The notes under the pieces were generated by a model, which saw only the letters and a list, made by a program, of their open reading frames with translations, did not search any database and was not told the origin of the DNA. Below are positions 27,775 to 41,286 of a stretch of 59,877 bases of DNA, piece after piece. Position 1 is the stretch's first letter. Every line of letters begins with the position of its first letter. Source of the DNA: Paraspadella gotoi (Eukaryota > Animalia > Chaetognatha); NCBI GenBank assembly GCA_051294375.1, contig CM119270.1, forward strand, positions 12,703,805 to 12,763,681, in the 5' to 3' direction. The translations under genes and the position numbers were made by a program.

Positions 27775-28977
27775 GATCGATTTTTCTCCCTCTTTCCGCT
27801 TGTTGCATGTTCCGCTCGTGTTTCGTTCCGTTAGAATCAATTCGTCATTCCTGCAACGAAATCCTCGCAGAAGCTGCAAGAATCGCCGAGAAATTGGCCA
27901 ATGGACGTGACGACGATGGACGACGACGAAGCTGCCGTCCTGACACGTTCCTTTCTCGCGGGTAAGTGTTTGAACGCGCGAAGGACGGAATGAAGATAAG
28001 GTGAGTATGACGAGGAGTAGGAAGAGGAGGATTAAGTTCAACGAGGAGAAAAAAACGAGGAATTTTAAAGATTTTTTTTCCTTTCGATCGAAAGATGAAA
28101 AGTCGGACGAGAGGTTTATCTTCGAATTGATTCATTCAAACGTACACTTCGTCGATCTCATTTCGTGACTGTGAAAAGGAGGGTTTACTAAACACCATGT
28201 TATTCTTGTGTGAGAAGATCCATGAGCTTCAATGTGCGTGTAGCCAAGGGATTAGGACGATTGATGTTTAAAGAGGGTCTAAGCCTCGGGAAAAATTTTT
28301 TCAAGAAAAAACAAGTTTCACAGTTTTATAATTTTTGCTCGTTTTAGCTTCATCATTTTTGCATAATTGCACTACTAATTTAATCTTTCTTCTACATTCA
28401 CACATTTTAATTAAAATTTTAAATAATTTTAATTTTTGATTTTTTAATTTATTTCTTATACTTTTTTACTAAAAAATTTCTTTGATTATCATACATTATT
28501 TTTTAGTTTTAGTTTCATTCAAAGATTAAGATTTAATGTTAAATTGTCCAAATATATTTTTATCGATCAACGAAAAAATTTAGGCGTTTTTATTGTATTA
28601 TAAATGGGCCTGATAGTTATCACGGAAGTTTTTTTTTTAATTATCATAAATTTGCTTTCGCCCAGATCATCTAAGATTTCGCTTTGTTCACGATGAAAAA
28701 GCAACACAGATTCGCTCACAGACTCAAATTGTTAAACAAATCTCTTGAGAAATTACAACGGCTTAATTTCACTTGAAAAGACGAAAAGAAAACGAGTAAA
28801 AAAATGAGAAAATTGAAAAGTTAAAAGAAGAAAATGGAAGGGAAGAAAAGGAAGAGGAAAGGAGAAATGAGAGAAAAATGAATAGAAATATACGAAGGAA
28901 AAAAGAATCTAAATTAATGATAGACTAAACATTCGGTTTCGGTCTCACCGTCACTTCCGATTTCCTTCTCTCGCAAG

Positions 28978-29051
28978 GTCGGACCTTCCAACATGAAGCC
29001 CATGAAGTGGGACGAGACTTTGGCGAGGATGGCGCAAGAACACGTCAATAG
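28978..29051 (+). CDS. CAP/SCP (CRISP/PR-1/PI16-like) domain protein, internal exon
   Basis: Pyrimidine tract + AG, then VGPSNMKPMKWDETLARMAQEHVN, then AG|GTGAGT. This matches the CAP-domain 'SNMxxMxWDxxLAxxAQ' motif. 74 nt, ending in phase 2. Confidence 0.88.
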
Positions 29052-30314
29052 GTGAGTGGGCGTGGGTGGGAGAGCGGGAGTGGGCGATTGTTAGCGTCGA
29101 CTTTGACGAATTAGCGCGGTTATGCGCGATGACAATGAGACTTAGATCAAGGATTATTTTTTTAAAAAAAATATTTTTGATTCTTGTATTCGGTATTCTA
29201 GTTCTGTCCAAAAGAAATGAAAAGAAATGCAATTTCCGTTTATTAAATTCAAATTTTAATATTGTACACTTTCGCTTTCGTGACGTTTAAATTTTTTTTT
29301 TCAGTCAATTTAAATATTTAACTTGTTTATTTTGGTTTGGGATGAGGGAAAGATCAACCGCGATACCGACACGGTCGAGTCGGGAGACATTTCTTTCGAT
29401 AAAATGACTACCGACTTGAGAGACAAGTTGACAGTCGTAATCAAAACGCTTTCGAGCGTTAAGCTCCGGTTGATCTTTTGTTTCTCGTTTAAAGAGAGAA
29501 AAAAAAAGAGTTTTAATTACTAGTCTTTAATTGACTGAGGTTACATGTTGAGAATATACCCCATTGTCCCGCGTGAACCGTGTACTGTGTCAAAGTGTGC
29601 AAAGATTGCACACCGTCGCCAGACGTGACGAATCTCGATTATACTTGTCAGTCTCGCTCGAACGAGACGTCAAGATAATTCCCCACTCGAAATTCTCCGT
29701 TAGACACGAGGAGAATGAATATGACAGCGAAGGCCAGGGTAGGTGGTCGATGTCAGTAGACCAGATACTTAACTAATAGTTACCAGGCTAACTTGGTTTC
29801 AAATCATCCCAGGGCTAACGCGTCATAGCGATGAAGCGAACAATTTATTGCAAAGTTAATGATATTGCGATTCGTTTCGCAATTCTATCTTATTCATAGT
29901 CATAGAAAGCTAATTACGACTGCATCACAGCTGAGAAACGTAAACACAGCCCATATGATCTCACACGAATGAAGATTAAAAATTTAAAAAAATTAATTCG
30001 GGGATCGGGAGAAGAGAGCGATTAATAAGTGCGTACGAGAATTGCCACTATTTCTCTCCCATTAAGTTATATTTACCTAGTACTACTATTTAAATGTATT
30101 TAAAAATATTTTGTGTGTTTTTTCCTAATTTCTTACTTATTTTTTAAATTCAATTAACTTTTTTGCTCTCACCAATTAATTACTTTAAACCAGTGAAGCG
30201 AAATGTCATCTAAGGAAATCGCTGCGTAAAACTCACCAACTGGAAATTGGAGTGTTGTGTGTGAAGTGAAGTATGATCACAAAGTCGAGTAAGATTCCAT
30301 GAGAAGGGAGAAGA

Positions 30315-30392
<78 letters not shown>

Positions 30393-30916
30393 GAGAAGAG
30401 GAGAGATCGGATATGAATTAATCATGAGAACGGGTGTTAGAGGCTGGGAGCGGCTGCTGCGACGACAAACAACGAGAAGCAAATGAAATCGAGACAAATT
30501 TCACTCAACGAAAATAATAATTTAAGAAAGAAATTTCATATAATGGTTATTTAAGGTTAAATAACCTTTAAAATGAATTCAAGAAAGATAAATAGGCGAT
30601 AAATTTATAATTCAGTTATGTATATTTCTAAAATGTAAAAATATTTTCTTTTAAAAAAAATTACGAAATAAAATTGAAACTGAAAGTGAAATGAGTTTTT
30701 TGTCCATTTCTCTAACTTACGATTATAGTCTCACGCTAAATAAAAAGATATATTTTAAGTTAAATCCGCATATATTTTTTAATTAAATTATATCACAATC
30801 GTTTGAGCATAGACAAGAAAACAAAACAAGTTTCCATTATTAATGGCATTAAATAAGGAAGCATTTGCCAACGAAGGCCTTTTGTTTGTTTTTGACGCAC
30901 ATAGTAGCACCGATTC

Positions 30917-32009
30917 TCAGTTGCAGCCTTTGATCGCGTAGTAACCGGTCTCGCTGAGGACCGAATCGATTAGCGACATCATGTCCTCGTAGGTAACGCC
31001 CTCCGCCGTCACTTCCTCCAGCGTTGGCGTCGTCGTCGGCGTCGTGGGCGTTCTCCTCGCCGCCGCCGCCGTCGAGGATTCCCAACCAAAGTTGAGATCG
31101 ATCTGTTCCTTGGATCCGTTGACGAGCTTCTTCAACTCCGACTTGAGATCCACGTAAGAAGTCCGCGGAGAGAAGAGGCGTCGCTTAAATCTTTCGACGA
31201 CGTGACGCGGACCGTCTGGCGTCAGGGTCGGCGGAAGTTGACAGATATAGATGATCTTGTGGACTACGTTGAGCATCGGCATGAGAGGGTCGCTGATCTG
31301 ACGCACCTTGCGCGGGGAGATGGCGAGGGTGGTGGAGGAGGCGGAGCGGTTGGGGCGGAGGAGTGGAGGGTGAGGAGCGTCGATGGAGGCGGCGGATCCG
31401 CCGCCGAAACTCAAGCGTCTGGCGGCGGCGAATCGCTCGCTCGAGTCTGGGACCCCGACCTCTGCCTCGCTAGTCCGCGGAATTCGTCCGGCGTTTCTCG
31501 ATCGCTGCTTGGATATCGACGCCGAGAGCGCCGCCGACGCCGCCGACGCCGCCGACGACAACGTCCGCGGACTAAAGACGAAGACGCCGCTCGCGTTGGC
31601 TTGGGATTCACTGAAGGACTTTTGTCTGACGGCGGAAGTCGGTCGATGCAACGTCGTCGTTGAAGACGATGAAGACAGAGTGGAGGCGGCCTCGACGGTG
31701 CCGAGAGACCCGCTCGAGCCGCTCGAGTAGTCTTCCCTCGGAGTGGTGGGCGTGGAGTCGTCGCCCAACGTCCATTGTCGCGGCGAAACGAAGTCGTCCT
31801 GAGACACGACGTCTTCGCCGGACGAAACGCCCGATGAGGATGTCGTCGCTGACTCGACGACGTTGTCCGAGGAGAAAGAGACGGAGCGAGAGTCGAACGT
31901 CTCCATCCTCAAGTCCGAAGCGAATCGTCCGCTGCCCGACAGGCGACATCCGGCGGGCGAACGGACAGTCGGGCGGGTGGTGCCGGAGAGGCAGGAGAGT
32001 TTGTCGCAG
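30917..32009 (-). CDS. NEK10: NEK10 kinase, exon 2 (Ser-rich linker + conserved C-terminal domain)
   Basis: Acceptor TTTCCCCTTCAG| at 32010. Splicing is in frame with no stops through to TGA at 30917. Encodes ISPRKVRQISDP..HKIIYICQLPP..VERFKRRLFS..LKSELKKL..EGVTYEDM..LSETGYY, the NEK10 C-terminus. Spliced CDS 2681+1093=3774 nt (1257 aa); intron 303 nt. Confidence 0.93.
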
Positions 32010-32312
32010 CTGAAGGGGAAACAAATTTATTTGATTATCATACATTAGTTTTTAGTTTTCAGTTTTAGTTTCATTCAGCGTCATTAGGTAAAATTCAAAC
32101 ATTACAATTTAGTATTAAATTCTCCAAATATATTTTTTTATCAAATTAAACTTTTTATTCAAATTTAATTGAATAAAAAAAATGGAAAGTTCAAAAGTTA
32201 CACTCTACCATACTCGTCGCGATTATCGTCATAATTATTACGATCGTCATCGTTATCATTCTAAATTCGATTATCATATCATCGTCAGCATCTTCGTCGT
32301 CGTCCCCATCAC

Positions 32313-34993
32313 CTTTCTTGAGAGGCTAGAAAGAGTCTGTGATAATTCTGCATGTTCCTGTTGGCCTCGTCGAAGTGACGGTGCGTCCTCCTCCTCTCCC
32401 GCTCCAACTTCCTCTCCATCGAAATCCCCGTCGCCCGCAGCGAATCCAGCTGCGACAGCAGCACCGACGACATCGCGGCGCCGACCTCGACGACGTCAGG
32501 GCGCCGCGCGCCGTCGGGCGTCAAACAGGTGGCGATGATGTCGGACACTTTGGCCGAGTAGGCGCCGTCGGGCAACGGCTCGAAATCGCCCTCTACGATC
32601 TTGGTGGCCAGGCTGAGCATGTTCGCGCTGTAGAAGGCGGGGCGGAGAGCGCACATCTCGTAAAGGATGCAACCCGCCGCCCAGACGTCAACCTTCTCGT
32701 CGTAGGGTTCGTTTTTTATGATCTCCGGGCAGGAATAAAGGATCGTACCCACTACGGAGGTCATGCAAGACGCGTCGGTCTGTTTCACTTTCGCTAGACC
32801 AAAGTCGGTGATTGTCACGTGATCGTTGTCGCCCAGCATCACGTTGTTGGGCGTGAGATCCCTGTGAATGACCCTTTTCTCTTTGTGAAGGTACCGAAGA
32901 GCGAGGACGATTTGGGTGAAGATATTCCAAACGCGATCTTCGGAGAATCTGTCGTTCTTCTCTTTCGCCGAGTTGAAGTGTTCGTGCATGGAGGCGCCTT
33001 CGATCAACTCCATCACGATGTACAGTTTGTTCGCCTCGATGAAAGTTCTGTAGTAACGAACGACGTTCGGATGTCGTAATTGTTCTTTAATGACGGAGAG
33101 CTCCGACACGATTTCCCCGATGGACTTTTCCTTTTCCCGCGCGTTTTTTCCCAACACCGCCGCTTGGGTGTTGATCTCCTTCATGGCGAGAAAGGACTGT
33201 CCCGCGGATCGCTTCTTCACCTTGAAGACGGAGCCAAAGGCGCCGGTGCCCAAGAGATCGAAGACGGCGTATTGGCCGAGGAACATCATCGGAGCTTTGT
33301 TCTGGTCGGTGGCTTTGATTTTCTCAGAAATATCTTGTACGTTGGCGGCGGGAAGACGATTGACGACGTCGATGACCTCCGAGTATGCTTGAAGGTCGCG
33401 GACGTAGTGACCGATGTCGATGAACTTGGCGTAAAGTTCCGGGTAGAACAAGTATTGGAAGAGCTTTCTGTTGCGTTCCAAAGAGAAGAGAAACCTGAGA
33501 GCGCGAAGGGCGGATTTTTGCAAATGAAGGACGGCGGCGGATTCCTTCTCGGAGGCTGCGCTCCTTTGCGGAAGAATCAACAAGCCGATGGTGTAGATGC
33601 CATTGGCCTGGACGATCGCTTGGGCGTTGGAGTCATTGAGCATCAGTTCAGAAAGAGCTGTGCAGATGGCAGCCTGCAATGCGAGCACCAAAGGACGCTT
33701 TTCTTCTTTGTTTGTGATTTTCTTTTGTCGCAGCGTGAAACTCGCGGTTTCCGAGTCGAGGACGAATTTGCGGCCGTGCAGCATCGAGAGCAGCAACGGG
33801 ATGGCGCCCATCTGACGCATGTCGCTCGATGCGTCCGGATCGTCGGCCATTTGCACCAAACACCAGATGACCTCTCGCAGCAAATGGACGGAATCTTGAT
33901 GCAAGACTCCGAGGAAGATCGGCACGCCGTCAAAGACTTTGACCTGCTCCCTGATCTGCGAGTCGGAGCAAAGAGTTTTTAGCAAATTGGCCGCCAACCG
34001 CTTGGAGGCGTTGTCGTAGTCTTGCACGATCCGCAGTAGCATCTCGATCGAGTTCAACTCGCCGATGGCGGCGCGACACCGCGGACTCAGCGCCATCACC
34101 GTCAGCGCGTGCAGCGCGCAGTGTAGCACCCCGAGATCGGTCGACTGCAACAGGAGGATCAGCGGCTTATGCGCGTTGTCGGCGAGCGCCTCCCGACGCT
34201 GCGGCGCCGCGCAGAGCTTCTGTTCGACGGAGATGAATTCCAGCAGCAGCTCGGAGACGAAGGGTCCGTCACCGTGGAGGAGATAGGATTCGGCGGCGCG
34301 TTGAAAGAGTCTGACCAAAGTCGGCGCCGCCTCGGACTCGACAAACTCGGACTGGAAAGCGGCGTCGCGGAGGAACACGCGCAGCAGCACCAGGAGGCGG
34401 AACATGGGCTCTGGCGTCGCTTTCAACGTCCACTCCTCGCGCAGCAGTCTATTGTCAACGACCATGCAAAAAAGCGCCTTCGCCGCCGGCGCCAGTGGCG
34501 TCGACGAAAAGTCTCGTCGTTTCTTAAAGCGCGCGGAGAATGATTCGAAGGCTCGAGCGTCTTTGCGATAAGATTCTTCCGAAGCTTCGTCTGCGGCGTG
34601 CGGTTGAGGCCAGCGGCGCCTCCGCTGCAAGAGAAGGCCGGAAGAGGTCGCGCCGTGAGACGTCGGTAAAAAGTCGTCGTCATTTTCATCGTCATCGTCG
34701 GCGAATGGAGGCGCCGAAAAATTTTCGATGAGGCGCTCGAGTTCGCGTCGGTCGTCGTCGAGATGATCGTCAGATGGCGACGAGGGCGATTCCGCTATTG
34801 TTCCGCCATCTACTTTCGGATTTAGCGTCGTTTGTTTATCGTCAGTTTTCGTTTTCGTTCCTTCCGTTTCGTTGTTTTCATGTTCGTTTCGCGACCGCGA
34901 TTTCGAGTCGACTTTTGTTTGTTTTACAAGGGGGACAACAGATGTGGCACAAGGGGCTCGCGACGCCTCGTTTCCGGTTGTCCATGTCGCCAT
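32313..34993 (-). CDS. NEK10: NEK10 kinase, exon 1 (armadillo-like helical region + kinase domain + coiled coil)
   Basis: 894-aa ORF with LGTGAFGSVFKV, AMKE, IHRDLTPNNVML, TDFGLAK, SVVGTILYSCPE, DVWAAGCILYEM, NMLSLATKIVEG and KLERERRRT, matching the NEK10 sequence as I recall it. GT donor at 32312-32311 (CAA GAA AG|GTGATG), phase 2. Confidence 0.96.
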
Positions 34994-36134
34994 ATTTAAT
35001 TTATTCCCAAATTTAGGATTTTTTATATCGCAAATTGTAACATTCTTTTCATAATCCGTGGCCTACGTACGTGTACGCACTTTGTAGCTTTATCGATCGC
35101 CGAGATTTGTTTTCAAGGGACGGGCGCGCTGATACGAATGGGAGAAGAGAAGAGTGGACGAGCGAGAGAGAGAGAGGACGAGAGAGATGAGGAGAGAGAG
35201 AGAGAGAGAGAGAGAGGATCGATTTTTCTCCCTCTTTCCGCTTGTTGCATGTTCCGCTCGTGTTTCGTTCCGTTAGAATCAATTCGTCATTCTGCAACGA
35301 AATCCTCGCAGAAGCTGCAAGAAATCGCCGAGAAATTGGCCAATGGACGTGACGACGATGACGACGACGAAGCTGCCGTCCTGACACGTTCCTTTCTCGC
35401 GGGTAAGTGTTTTGAACGCGCGAAGGACGGAATGAAGATAAGGGTGAGTATGACGAGGAGTAGGAAGAGGAGGATTAAGTCAACGAGGAGAAAAAAAACG
35501 AGGAATTTAAAGATTTTTTTTTCCTTTCGATCGAAAGATGAAAAGTCGGACGAGAGGTTTATCTTCGAATTGATTCATTCAACGTACACTTCGTCGATCT
35601 CAAGTCCGTACGCACTCTCGATCCGACTGTACGCATTCCTTTAATTCGCTTGTATGTATAAAGGGCGAGAAAGTTTAAAACTTGAGCGATTTTTTTTTTA
35701 ACTTTTTTTTTTATTAAAAAAGAGGAACAAGTTTGAATACTTCCCGGGGACGAGGTGAAACTAAAAACTGACGACTCGAACTTTGGATCCACGATAAGAT
35801 TTGAAAAAAATTGGTCCTTTTCATAATAGTATTATTACTATTATTAGCGAAGGGACTAGACGAGCGAGAGGCGGAATTTACGACCCCAAGAAGTTCGACG
35901 TGGTTAGGATTTTTTTTTTTTTTTATTAACTCTTAAATTTTGTTTTTTTAAATTAATTCTTTTTAAAAAGTCGTTAATGTTCTGGTTCGTTCCAATGCAT
36001 TCGCCCGATTCGAAGTTTCGAGTCAAAAATAGTTGGGTTCTTGTTTCTCTTTTTTCTCGCAAAAACGACCCAGTTCTGTCGCCAACCACATACTATCTGT
36101 GGAAAAACACGAAAACATTTCGGAGTTACATGAG

Positions 36135-36560
<426 letters not shown>

Positions 36561-37399
36561 AAATATTCTTATGAACAAGTTAAATACCTTTGTTGTTCTT
36601 TGATTATACCTATTTACTTATAAACTTGATTATGAAGGATCTGAGTTCAATACGTTGAACACTTTTAAAGGTTTTTGTGTGATGAAAGGAAAGAAAATCA
36701 AGTAAACATAACAAACAAACAAACAAACAAGAAAACACATGAAGATGAACAATAAAAAAGAAAAAGAAAGAAAGAAAAAAAATCTAAACTCTAGCGAGCA
36801 GATGGAGAAGAAAATATCGGAAAGAAAAAGAAGAGAAAAAAACTAAAAAAAGAAAAAGGAAAAAAGAAAAAGGAAATTGTAGCGAGGAGAAAAAAAAAGA
36901 AGAAATTCCGATGAACGGATTTCGCAAAAAGAGGCGACTTTTATGGGGAAAACAAAAACACGTCTTTTCACGACGAAAGCGTCGATTTATTCACCCGCCC
37001 CGGCGCCCCCCTAGCGCTCTTTCACAACGCTCACCTTTTCATTCTCATTCATTCCCAGGTTTTAAGATTGCACGCAAAAAACAAGAACTACCATGTTCGT
37101 TGTACAATGTTTATGGATCATTGTGCGAAATTCGCATCTACAACCGAATTAATTTTATTTCCTTCCTCAATTCTCGCGAAATTTAATTTTTTTCCCCTCA
37201 GACGTTCGTGTGAAATTGTTTGTTCTCTCGCTCGTTCCATCTTTTTTATATGACCTTTCCTTTCCCCTTTTTTTTTCACTCATCATTGATCCAATCTTCT
37301 CTCATTTCACATTCCATCGATTCACATCTCTTGGATTCAGTCTCCTCCCATCCCATCGTCGCGCGTCTCCCATTTCACACCCCATTGGTTCACCGCTCC

Positions 37400-37434
<35 letters not shown>

Positions 37435-37879
37435 CTCACACTCTTTGGTCGGTTATCTTCTCAACAAAGTTCACGAGAGCAGAAGAGATAAAAGGAGACA
37501 AGTTTTCATGGAGATCATAACCGAGAAGTGAAGTGATACGACGAGGATGACGATATGGAAAAAAAATGTCGATATTCTTAAGTTTTAACTAAATTATACT
37601 TATTTTCTAAAAAACGGTTATCGCATTTCTTTTCGTTGTTTTTTGGGGGGGTGCTCCTGAATATACAAAGATTTTCATAAGACCAATTAAAAATAATGAT
37701 TAAAATGAACCTTTTGTTTTAAATCAGAGTTCTTTAAATAACTGTTTTTTGACTCTCATCGCTCAACTCTTCCTTCAAACCCTCACTCACATCTCGACGC
37801 GACCTTCANNNNNNNNNNCTCATCGCTCAACTCTTCCTTCAAACCCTCACTCGCATCTCGACGCGACCTTCACGCCCAG

Positions 37880-38088
37880 ATGTCTCCCCGCACACGCCAA
37901 TCTAAAGACCCCTTCCGGCCAAATCGTCGGCCAGAACACGGCGGCCGGATATCGATCAATGCCGGACAGCGTCGATGCTTGGATAGAGGAGAGGCAGCTG
38001 TACGACCTGAATCGATTCCAATGCCGAGGCGACTGGAGTTTGTGCGGACACTACGTGCAGATGATTTGGGCTGAGACGGATACTATAG
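37880..38088 (+). CDS. CAP/SCP domain protein, core exon
   Basis: CCCAG|A TGT... gives (R)CLPAHANLKTPSGQIVGQNTAAGYRSMPDSVDAWIEERQLYDLNRFQCRGDWSLCGHYVQMIWAETDTI(G)|GTGGGT. Contains GQN, WxxE and the CRISP signature GHYxQMIWA. Its phase-2 start matches the exon ending at 29051. Confidence 0.92.
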
Positions 38089-38367
38089 GTGGGTGTGGGG
38101 AAAATATTGTGGGGGGAAAGGAATGTGGAAGATCTACCTGTCGGGAGAAGTTGTGGAGAGAATAGTCGAGGAAAATGGGAGAATGTGCTGATTGGGAGAT
38201 TATTTTGATAGAAAGGAATTAAATATGATCCTGACCCTCCAGTTCTTCCTACCTGTTTAGAGAGACAGAAATATCCTTGTCTCAAACATCGACCCACCCC
38301 CACCGACCAACACGCCAACTCTCTCCCCGCCCCCTATTTCTCACCCAACCTCCCAACCCCGACCCAG

Positions 38368-38499
38368 GCTGCGGCCTACAACGAAGAAATGCACCCGGCG
38401 ATTATCCTGACCTCTTTCATCTGCAACTATTTGCGCGGGAAACGCGCAGGATTCCAACGGGACGATTCCGGGATCCTTTCGTGAGAGGGCGTGGCAGAC
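38368..38499 (+). CDS. CAP/SCP domain protein, next exon (indel-damaged)
   Basis: CCCAG|GC TGC completes I-G-C. After allowing single-base indels it reads ...DYPDLFICNY.xGN...DPFVRG, the second CRISP signature (xCNY..GN). Ends at a GTAAG donor at 38500. Confidence 0.75.
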
Positions 38500-38511
38500 G
38501 TAAGACTCTCA

Positions 38512-38544
<33 letters not shown>

Positions 38545-38552
38545 CTCTCTCC

Positions 38553-38583
<31 letters not shown>

Positions 38584-38619
38584 TTCGTGTCCAGATTTCC
38601 CAGAATATTTTTGGAAATT

Positions 38620-38829
38620 AAACAATGCAAAGACGGCACTTAATTTAATTCGTAAATTTTGTATCAATATATCAATAGAGTTAAAAATTAGTAATGCTAG
38701 TAATTCGTTGAGTAGTTGTTTGCGACTTTGTTCGATTTGTTCTCTTAACGTATGGGACGACTATACGTTTTATGGTACGAAGGGCGAAGCCTTCATTGTT
38801 TAAAGAATAGGAAAATTTCTCCAACGAAC

Positions 38830-38870
<41 letters not shown>

Positions 38871-39069
38871 AGAGAGAAGAGAGAGAGAGAGAGCAGGAGA
38901 GGAGAGAGAAAGATGAAGAGAGAAGAGAGAGAAGAGGGAAGAGAGAAGAGAGAGAGAGAAGGAGAGAGGATCCCCAAGGATTTGTAAAGATGATAGACGC
39001 GTTTAGTTTATAGTGAACGAGTCTCTCGAGAAAAGAGAAAGAGAGAGAGAAGAGAAGGAGAGAGAGAGA

Positions 39070-39116
<47 letters not shown>

Positions 39117-39426
39117 GGCTTTGGAGCGAGAGAAGGACAGACATTAAGTTCGGAAAAATAGAAAAAGATGAAGAGAGAGAATCTTCCTCTTTTNNNNNNN
39201 NNNNNNNNNNNNNNNNNNAAGAACAATGCAAAGACGGCACTTAATTTAATTCGTATAATTTGTATCAATAATATCAATAGAGTTAAAATTAGTAATGCTA
39301 GTAATTCGTTTGAGTAGTTGTTTTGCGACTTTGTTCGATTTGTTCTCTTAACGTATGGGACGACTATACGTTTTATGGTACGAAGGCGAAGCCTTCATTT
39401 TTGTTAATAAGAATTTAGGAGAGAGA

Positions 39427-39458
<32 letters not shown>

Positions 39459-39514
39459 GAGAAGAGAAGAGAGAAGAGAGAGAAGAGAGGGGAGAGAGGA
39501 AGAGAGAAAGATGA

Positions 39515-39576
<62 letters not shown>

Positions 39577-39676
39577 CCAAGGATTTGTAAATGATAGACG
39601 TTTAGTTTATAGTGAACGAGTCTCTCGAGAAAGAGAAGAGAGAGAGAAGAAAGAAGAGAGAGAGAGAGAGAGAGAG

Positions 39677-39722
<46 letters not shown>

Positions 39723-39790
39723 GGCTTTGGGAGCGAGAGAAGGACAGACATTAAGTTCGGAAAAATAGAAAAAGATGAGAGGAGAGAGAA
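38620..39790 (+). repeat. ~570-bp direct duplication across a 25-N gap (38620-39193 / 39219-39790)
   Basis: AACAATGCAAAGACGGCACTTAATTT...GACATTAAGTTCGGAAAAATAG occurs on both sides of the gap. Confidence 0.9.
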
Positions 39791-40682
39791 AAAAAAACAA
39801 GAATTGCTCACAAAGCAGATATTTAAGATGCCGGCGGCGTGTGGGGAAAAAAATCACCTCTCAAGACAAGAAAAAGCCATTGGGTGAGGCCCGATTCCGA
39901 GTCGAAGGGAAAAAGCCGAATGGGCGGGACCGGTTTGAGGAAAGAAAGCCGAGGCGGGTCGTGTAGTGGGCGATGACAGAGAGGGAGGCTACACCAAGGG
40001 CAAGAACAGGTCAAATGTTTGAATTGATAATCAAATCATGAAGCGTTCTTGTAGGAAAGCAAACCAAAAGTAAGTTCAGAAATTAACGGAAACGCATATA
40101 TCTATGTAAATTTAATTAAAATTAACGGCAAATGCGAAGTGCAAAAACAACTTTGAAATGTATTAGTCGCGACCCTAGCGATTGCGAGTTAACTGAGAAA
40201 AAAAAAGAGAAAATAAACAATAAACAAAATCGGGGGAAAAAGTTTTTAAACTCGACGTTTTTAGAAGACGCTGACAAAACAGAATATATTGTCCAAACGC
40301 CAAAGAAAAAGAAAAACTTCCAGACTTGCAAAAACGTCTCAGTCAAACGCAATAACTATGCGCCAAGTTTTTCTTGTCGCATTTATTTGTATATTTTTGG
40401 TCCGAAGCCGCATCATGCTTTATTCAGCAGGTTTTTCCTTTTTCTTTGGAGAAACTAATACATTTATGAGCAATAACCAGAACATTCTCCAGCTCTTTAT
40501 TATTTATACTATTTATCCCGAAAGGAAAAGAAAACAAAGAGAGAGAGAGAGAGAAAAGAGGAGATGAAGGAAAGGAATTGACCGAACCTGAGAAGAAAAA
40601 GACGAAGCGCGGGAAGAAATGTTTTCTGTTATGAATAACTCAGAGGAGAAACAGCATAATTTATTGGCAGCATTGAGGGAGT

Positions 40683-40766
<84 letters not shown>

Positions 40767-41054
40767 CGAGAGAGAGATTCGCGTGACGGTCACCTTAGTT
40801 ATAAGCCAGATTTAAAGAGATTTTTCTGAGATTGCCAAAGTACTTTCATTCCGTGTAAAATCTGTAAAGATAATTAGAGAATGAAATTTAACGATAAGAT
40901 GGTTTAACGATTTATTAAATAGATATTTGTCAAAATGTTGTAAATAGAAATAAAAAAATTGATGGTTATTTGTAAGTTGTGGGTCAAATATTACGGGGTC
41001 TTATTTTTCAAACGTTTTAATGATTCAACCTTTTCCCTTTAACTCCTCGTTCGT

Positions 41055-41286
41055 TAATTATTTAATTAATTAATTAATTAATTAATTAATTATTTCGTTA
41101 ATTTCATCCATCCATCCATCCATCAATCCATCAATCCATCAATCCATCAATCCATCCATCCAATCCATCTATCCATCAATCCATCCATCCATTCATTCAT
41201 CCATCCATCCACATATCCATCCAATACATCCATCCATCCATCCATCCATCCAATCATCCAATCATCCATTCCATCCATCCATCCAT
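41055..41286. repeat. (TTAA)n followed by a (CATC/CAATC)n tetranucleotide array
   Basis: Directly visible. Confidence 0.95.

Larger units (their letters stand above)
20652..35602 (+). repeat. ~7.5-kb direct tandem duplication (20652-28160 / 28161-35602)
   Basis: Junction at 28160: ...GTCGATCTCA (also at 35602) joins TTTCGTGACTGTGAAAA (also at ~20652). The copies are colinear and near-identical. Confidence 0.95.

Noticed and set aside
33080-33982. 300-aa plus-strand ORF and other antisense ORFs over NEK10
   Set aside because: Shadow ORFs of a GC-rich coding strand; no independent motifs.
37752-37872. ~55-bp direct repeat before the CAP exon
   Set aside because: The copies flank a 10-N gap, so this is most likely a contig-end overlap.
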